Source: an uncultured Myxococcales bacterium (GTDB lineage Bacteria; Myxococcota_A; UBA9042). From it: DNA of 64,000 nt. The DNA lies in the NCBI GenBank assembly GCA_903840165.1, contig CAIMEY010000002.1, positions 133,109-197,108 of the forward strand, in the 5' to 3' direction. Shown in pieces: positions 58,889-64,000 of the stretch. Below the pieces are notes generated by a model that was not told where the DNA came from, made no database searches, and saw only the letters and a list, made by a program, of their open reading frames with translations. Both the position numbers and the translations under genes were made by a program. How positions within the stretch are numbered: the stretch's first letter is position 1; each line of letters begins with the position of its first letter.

Positions 58889-61353
58889 CAGATTGCCTGT
58901 GTCAGGACCGGTAAGGCCTGCGCGTCGAGGTCGGCCCAGAATTGCGCCTCAGCGACGATGGCGATTCTGCCACCCGAGGCTTTGAGTTTACGGGCTTTTT
59001 TCAATTTTGACGATGGGTCGGCTGCCTCGAGTTCATCGGCACCAACCACCAGCAGCGTCGTCTCGGCCGTCACATCGGAACCCGCGGTAGCACCAAGACT
59101 CTGGATGCGCTTCTGGGCATCTCTTCGCAGCATCCTTTCTAGTTTTCCCGTAAATACAATGATGTGACCCGAAAGCGGGCCGTCCAGGGACTCTTGGCCC
59201 ACCGGCTGCGAAATCGTCATGAATTCGAGGAGTCGATCGATTAGGGCCCCTTGGGCGCGCATGCCCATGGCGACCTGAAGCGCGGACATTTTCAGGCCCT
59301 TGCGCTTGGCCCAGTCTGCCAGCCTCTTGTCCAGGGCCTGCAACCGGGTACGGGCATCCGAGGCCATGGACAGCGCCGCGCCTTCGGTCGACGCCTCGGT
59401 CTCGGCCTTGACAATCCCCAGCAAGGCCCCGAGTTCAAAGGCATTCATCGCCCGAAGATCGCCCAGCTGCGCCGTCGCTGCCAGTCGCTGGGCCGACTGC
59501 TTGCCCAGGGTCGGAATACCCAAACTCGTAAGAAATCTAGGCAGATCAACGTTGCGACAGCGCTGCACCTGCCCGATCAGCTTGGCAGCACTGGTCTTGC
59601 CTAGGCCTGGAAGTCCTTCAAGTTGTTGCTCTTTGAGCTGGAACAGGTCGGCCGCATCCCCAACCAAGCCGGAGCTCACCAGTAGGTCGATGACCTTTTC
59701 GCCAAAGCCATCCATCTCCAATTCGCTACAAAAATGAAGGACTTGCTCGCGAATGACCACTGTGCAGCCTCCTTCGCGGCTACAACGCAGCACCAAGCGA
59801 TCGGCCTCAGTGGCCAATTCACTCGGTCGCATCCGCAAACGCCTTGGAATCGCAGGACTTCCACAAGAGGGGCATTGCTCTGGCACCCGCAGCAGTTCGG
59901 TGCCTCCCCCCAGATTGCGTTCCAGGTGGGGAATGACGCCGCCCTTGCGTGAAACCACGATCGTATCGCCGCGATGCAGATTCAGTTCTTTGAAATTGCT
60001 AAGATTATGCAGGCTCGATCGGCTGATCGACGCGCCAGCCAAGAGCACAGGCGTAAAAAGCGCCACCGGCGTGATCGTGCCCGACCGCGACACGTTCCAG
60101 TGCACGTCGACAAGGCGGGTCTGGTCCTCATCGGCCGTGAATTTCCATGCAATTGCCGAGCGAGGATGGTGGTCACTGGCGCCGAGGCGACGATGCATCT
60201 GCAGGTCAGCCAGTTCAAAGACGACGCCGTCTGCCTCAAAATCCCAGGAGTTGCGGGCCATTGCCATGGTACTAAACGCTGCCATGGCCTGATCGCCCGG
60301 GATCTCTTGCCATGGAGCCGGCGTAAGGCCAAGGGTCTGGGCAAAGGCCAGGCGGTCGGCCTTGGACGGCAGGTCGAGACCGACGACATCGTAGGCGAGA
60401 AAATGCAGCGAATCCAGTGGTATGGATGCCGTCAGCTCGGTCTTCAGCAGGCCCGCGGCTAGGTTGCGCGGATTGGAGAACTGATCGGCCACGGCGGCAA
60501 ACAGGCTCAAGGGCACGTAGACTTCGCCGCGAATCTCGACGCCGCCCTTGGCCAGCGCTGCCGGAATAGTCCTTGGAATGCCAGAGGCTTGCAGAACGTT
60601 TCGCGTCACATCCTCGCCGACGCGGCCATCCCCTCGCGTCGCGCCGCGGACCAGTTGTCCGTCGCTGTCGTAGCGAATACTGCAAGCCAAACCGTCGATT
60701 TTCGGCGTCATCACCAGCCGCGCTTGGGGGCTGCGGGCCGTCCATTGGTCAAACTTTTCCTGCTGCTGCCGCCGTTGTCCAATAGCGGCCTGCACTTTGG
60801 CATCATCGCCGCGGGGGATGCGGATTCGCGTTGCGCGCTTCTCGCCGCACTCAGACTCCCAAATGCCGCCAAGCCAATTCTCAAACTCGCTAACATCGTT
60901 ACATTTTTCCAGCGATAACATCGCCCGCTCGTGCACGACTTTGTCGCCGGTCACCGGGGCCCCGACTTGCCCAAGCACCGGATGGCCCGGCTCTAGCCGT
61001 CGCAGCGAGGCCACCAGGCCATCAAACTGCGCATCGCTGATTTCTGGCTTGCCGTCGCGGTGATAAGCCACGTTGTGGTGGGCAACCTGCGCGGCCAGTT
61101 GCTCAATATCCACGGCTGGTTGCAAAAGGTCATTGAGGCTTGCTTGACTCATGGGCACCTTGATCGTGGACGGGCCCTCACGGTGGGCCAGTGGGTTCTG
61201 CCGCAGCGGCATCTTGCCCGATGCCCGCAGGACTGTTAGTTTGTCGCGCGTTGTCCACTGCCCGCGGCCGGTCTGCACCGGATCTGCAGCGGGGAGCGGC
61301 ACAATCCAATCGACCCCGCGCGGCTCATCGATTGGCGGCGCTGCCTCGGTCAA
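58888..61353 (-). CDS. ligA: NAD-dependent DNA ligase
   Basis: PEISDAQFD, MLSL, PKIDG, ATRGDG..GEDVT, EIRGE, NPRN, DGVV, Cys4 zinc finger and BRCT (FTGKL). The start may be ATG 61152. Confidence 0.95.
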   Translation of the reverse strand: MTEAAPPIDEPRGVDWIVPLPAADPVQTGRGQWTTRDKLTVLRASGKMPLRQNPLAHREGPSTIKVPMSQASLNDLLQPAVDIEQLAAQVAHHNVAYHRDGKPEISDAQFDGLVASLRRLEPGHPVLGQVGAPVTGDKVVHERAMLSLEKCNDVSEFENWLGGIWESECGEKRATRIRIPRGDDAKVQAAIGQRRQQQEKFDQWTARSPQARLVMTPKIDGLACSIRYDSDGQLVRGATRGDGRVGEDVTRNVLQASGIPRTIPAALAKGGVEIRGEVYVPLSLFAAVADQFSNPRNLAAGLLKTELTASIPLDSLHFLAYDVVGLDLPSKADRLAFAQTLGLTPAPWQEIPGDQAMAAFSTMAMARNSWDFEADGVVFELADLQMHRRLGASDHHPRSAIAWKFTADEDQTRLVDVHWNVSRSGTITPVALFTPVLLAGASISRSSLHNLSNFKELNLHRGDTIVVSRKGGVIPHLERNLGGGTELLRVPEQCPSCGSPAIPRRLRMRPSELATEADRLVLRCSREGGCTVVIREQVLHFCSELEMDGFGEKVIDLLVSSGLVGDAADLFQLKEQQLEGLPGLGKTSAAKLIGQVQRCRNVDLPRFLTSLGIPTLGKQSAQRLAATAQLGDLRAMNAFELGALLGIVKAETEASTEGAALSMASDARTRLQALDKRLADWAKRKGLKMSALQVAMGMRAQGALIDRLLEFMTISQPVGQESLDGPLSGHIIVFTGKLERMLRRDAQKRIQSLGATAGSDVTAETTLLVVGADELEAADPSSKLKKARKLKASGGRIAIVAEAQFWADLDAQALPVLTQAI

Positions 61354-61528
61354 CTGCAGGTAATGACAGCAGTATTACGCGAGATTTCGACGGCATGGGC
61401 CGCGCGTGTCGCTGGGCTGCGTCGTCGCTGCTAGGTGGTGCTCAGCATCATCCTTCGCGCTGCGTTGGAATCATAACCTCGCTTCACTTTGGGCTTTTGC
61501 CTGGGGTAGCGTTTCATGCCAGACCCAC

Positions 61529-61602
61529 GTCCCCGTAGCTCAGAAGGATAGAGCGTTCGCCTCCTAAGCGAAAGGCCACAGGTTCGATTCCTGTCGGGGA
61601 CG
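61529..61602 (+). tRNA. tRNA-Arg (anticodon CCT)
   Basis: Acceptor stem GTCCCCG/CGGGGAC, anticodon arm TTCGC-CTCCTAA-GCGAA, T arm GGTTCGATTCC; CCA not encoded. Confidence 0.95.
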
Positions 61603-61688
61603 CCCGCATGACGGTCCGGCCCACGCCGAGTCCTGCCCCTATTACCCAGCGGCTTGACCGCAACTTCGTCCGCCAAAGGCACCAAAGT

Positions 61689-62966
61689 ATGAGTGAAATT
61701 GAGTCTCCTGCCGCTGATCCTGAATCAGCCGTGCCCCCATCGACCCATGTGCCCCAGACTGAGCTCGCCTTTGAGGAACTGCCCATTCCGGCGCAAATCC
61801 TTCGTGGTTTGGATGACTTAGGCTTTGCCCGCTGCACGCCGATTCAGGCCCGCTCGCTGCCCCACACCTTGCATGGCGCGGACCTAGCCGGCCAAGCGCA
61901 GACGGGGACGGGCAAGACGGCGGCCTTCTTGATCACGATTTTCAAGGAGTTGCTAGAGACTGAGCGCGTCCACCCCACGGCGCCTCGGGCAGTCGTTGTC
62001 GCGCCGACCCGAGAGTTGGCGCTGCAAATTGCCAAAGATGCCGGGGATGTGGGCAAGCATTGCCACTTTCGCACAGTAGCTGTGTTTGGCGGCATGGATT
62101 GGGAAAAGCAGGCCAAAGTGCTCGAGGGCACGGTCGACTTGGTCGTCGGCACGCCTGGGCGCATGATGGACTATATGCGCAAAAAATACTTGGACTTGCG
62201 CCATGTTCAAGTGGTCGTGGTCGATGAAGCCGACCGGATGTTCGACATGGGGTTCGTCGCGGACATTCAGTACATCCTGGGGCACTGTTCGCCTGACCGT
62301 CAGACGCTTTTGTTTTCTGCGACGCTGAGTTACGAGGTCATGCGCCTGGCTCACCAATACATGCGCGAGCCCGTGCAGATTCGCGTTGAGCCCGAGCAAG
62401 TCACGGCCAAGAACGTCGAACAGCGCCTGTACCACGTCTCTGAGCGTGAGAAGATGCCGTTCCTCCTGTATTTGCTGGAGAAACATCAGCCGCGCAAGGC
62501 GCTTGTGTTCATCAATACCAAGCGCGCTGGTGAATGGCTGAACTTTAAGTTGTTTCACAATGGCTGGAATTCTGAGTACATGTCAGGCGATATCGCGCAA
62601 AAGAAGCGCCTGCGCCTGGTCGAAGAATTCCGCGAGGGCAAGATTGAGGTCCTGGTCGCAACCGACGTAGCTGCGCGTGGTCTGCATGTGGATGATGTTG
62701 ATCTTGTAGTGAATTTTGACTTGCCGCTGGATGCCGAAGATTACGTGCACCGCATTGGCCGTACCGGACGCGCAGGCCAGAAAGGCTTGGCCCTGGCCCT
62801 GGCCGACGAGGCGTTGGTCGAAAAGCTAGCCGCCATCGAAAAGTACATCGGTCAGAAGCTGCCCGCGGAAATCCATACGCGTGACATGCTGTTAGACGAC
62901 TTGAGTCCGAGTTTCCGTGAAACGGTGCTCAAACACCGGCCGCCACCGCCGCGCCGGCGCCGTTGA
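61689..62966 (+). CDS. rhlB: DEAD-box RNA helicase, RhlB-like
   Basis: Q motif, AGQAQTGTGKTAAFL, PTRELA, DEADRMFDMGF, SAT, HRIGRTGRAG. Confidence 0.88.
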   Translation: MSEIESPAADPESAVPPSTHVPQTELAFEELPIPAQILRGLDDLGFARCTPIQARSLPHTLHGADLAGQAQTGTGKTAAFLITIFKELLETERVHPTAPRAVVVAPTRELALQIAKDAGDVGKHCHFRTVAVFGGMDWEKQAKVLEGTVDLVVGTPGRMMDYMRKKYLDLRHVQVVVVDEADRMFDMGFVADIQYILGHCSPDRQTLLFSATLSYEVMRLAHQYMREPVQIRVEPEQVTAKNVEQRLYHVSEREKMPFLLYLLEKHQPRKALVFINTKRAGEWLNFKLFHNGWNSEYMSGDIAQKKRLRLVEEFREGKIEVLVATDVAARGLHVDDVDLVVNFDLPLDAEDYVHRIGRTGRAGQKGLALALADEALVEKLAAIEKYIGQKLPAEIHTRDMLLDDLSPSFRETVLKHRPPPPRRRR

Positions 62967-63119
62967 GGATGGCTGCGCGTGCTGGGCTTGCCTCGTCGAC
63001 CTGGGCTTGACACCTGCATCACTGCTGCCCATACTGTCCGCCGCTTGCAGACACCTGCGCGGTGCGAGCGGGCAAGGCGAGGAGAGGCCCCTGTGCAGGC
63101 AAACTCCTTGAAAGTCCAT

Positions 63120-63203
<84 letters not shown>

Positions 63204-63219
63204 CCCCAACTGACCTGCT

Positions 63220-63262
63220 GCAAGCGCCACTGGTATCCAACCAAGTGGCGCTTTGCGTTTTT
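63220..63262 (+). terminator. Probable intrinsic terminator after tRNA-Leu
   Basis: Stem GCAAGCGCCACT...AGTGGCGCTTTGC followed by GTTTTT. Confidence 0.7.
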
Positions 63263-63281
63263 GCCGCAGACGGCGGGACTT

Positions 63282-63830
63282 ATGCGTCTGATAGACCTCT
63301 CGATGACGCCCGTGGCCACGACGATTTCGCATGGATTATCGTGGATTGGCATGGTGCTTCTCCTCCTGGCGGGGCCTCTGAGTTGCGCCAAGTCAGGGCC
63401 GGAACGACATCTCGAACAGGCGGAAGCGCAACTCAAGGATGCGCTTGACCTTTTACGCCAAGCGCATGGCAAGCAGCGGGCTTTGCTGGCGGCGACCCTT
63501 GCCTACCGCGCCGATCATGGGGCTCAGATCCAAGCGTTGCGCGTGCACGGCGGCGAAATTCTCAATCAACTCAATGGCGATGAGCGCATTCACTGGCAGA
63601 CCGAGTCGCAGAACCGCCTCTCGCCCGTGCTAGCGCAAATTGAACTGGCGAGTCAGCAATTCCTGATTCCGGAGCAGGCTTTGGCTGTGGTGATGCCCCT
63701 GCTGGTCCAAGCCACGCCCAAGGCGACCGGCCAAAGGCCTTGGCTGCCGCCGGTGCCGCCTTCGCCCTTTGAACAATCAGGACCTGCGCCAGGCCTGCCA
63801 GGGGCTCATTCGCCTGGGAGTGCGCCATGA
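63282..63830 (+). CDS. Hypothetical lipoprotein
   Basis: Hydrophobic stretch ending PLSC; stop overlaps the next ATG; start uncertain. Confidence 0.6.
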   Translation: MRLIDLSMTPVATTISHGLSWIGMVLLLLAGPLSCAKSGPERHLEQAEAQLKDALDLLRQAHGKQRALLAATLAYRADHGAQIQALRVHGGEILNQLNGDERIHWQTESQNRLSPVLAQIELASQQFLIPEQALAVVMPLLVQATPKATGQRPWLPPVPPSPFEQSGPAPGLPGAHSPGSAP

Positions 63831-64000
63831 TCGCCCTGACGAACTGGCTCTTGGCCACGCTGTCGGGCGTACTGGTGTTTCTGGCCTTTCCCAGCTGGAA
63901 TATCCATTATCTCGCATGGTTTGCTTATGTTCCTTTGCTCGTGGCTGCGCGCAACGCGACGGTGCGCCAGGCCTTTGTGATCGGCCTGTGGGCGGGGACC
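63827..64000 (+). CDS. lnt: Apolipoprotein N-acyltransferase, N-terminal part (runs off the window end)
   Basis: MIALTNWLLATLSGVLVFLAFPSWNIHYLAWFAYVPLL..AFVIGLWAG matches the Lnt N-terminal pattern; only 58 codons are visible. Confidence 0.7.
   Translation, partial: MIALTNWLLATLSGVLVFLAFPSWNIHYLAWFAYVPLLVAARNATVRQAFVIGLWAGT

Noticed and set aside
34530..61353. Inteins in dnaB or ligA
   Set aside because: No C...HN splice motifs or homing endonuclease motifs, and the inserts are too short.

Overview
A GC-rich chromosomal segment with Myxococcota/deltaproteobacterial hallmarks: MYXO-CTERM-like tails, an AgmK-like giant TPR protein, a Hanks-type kinase, an ECF sigma/anti-sigma pair and many Cys-rich lipoproteins. 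Housekeeping genes (guaB, argS, mlaE, dnaB, argB, argC, ligA, an rhlB-like helicase, partial lnt, tRNA-Arg(CCT), tRNA-Leu(CAG)) are interleaved with large surface-protein genes. I see no transposase, integrase, phage, CRISPR or rRNA. The most notable signal is non-coding: a dispersed 192/247-bp element present twice (10195-10386, minus; 37559-37805, plus). It has CTAGTAC-type terminal inverted repeats and two terminal hairpins with compensatory base changes, and each copy starts at the TAG stop codon of its host gene in the gene-sense orientation. Other leads are a ~105-nt structured RNA candidate upstream of dnaB, an Arg/AGG-rich uORF whose stop overlaps the argC start, strong TAG stop-codon preference, and a family of Cys-repeat lipoproteins. 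All calls come from motif recognition and by-eye folding; no database search was run.
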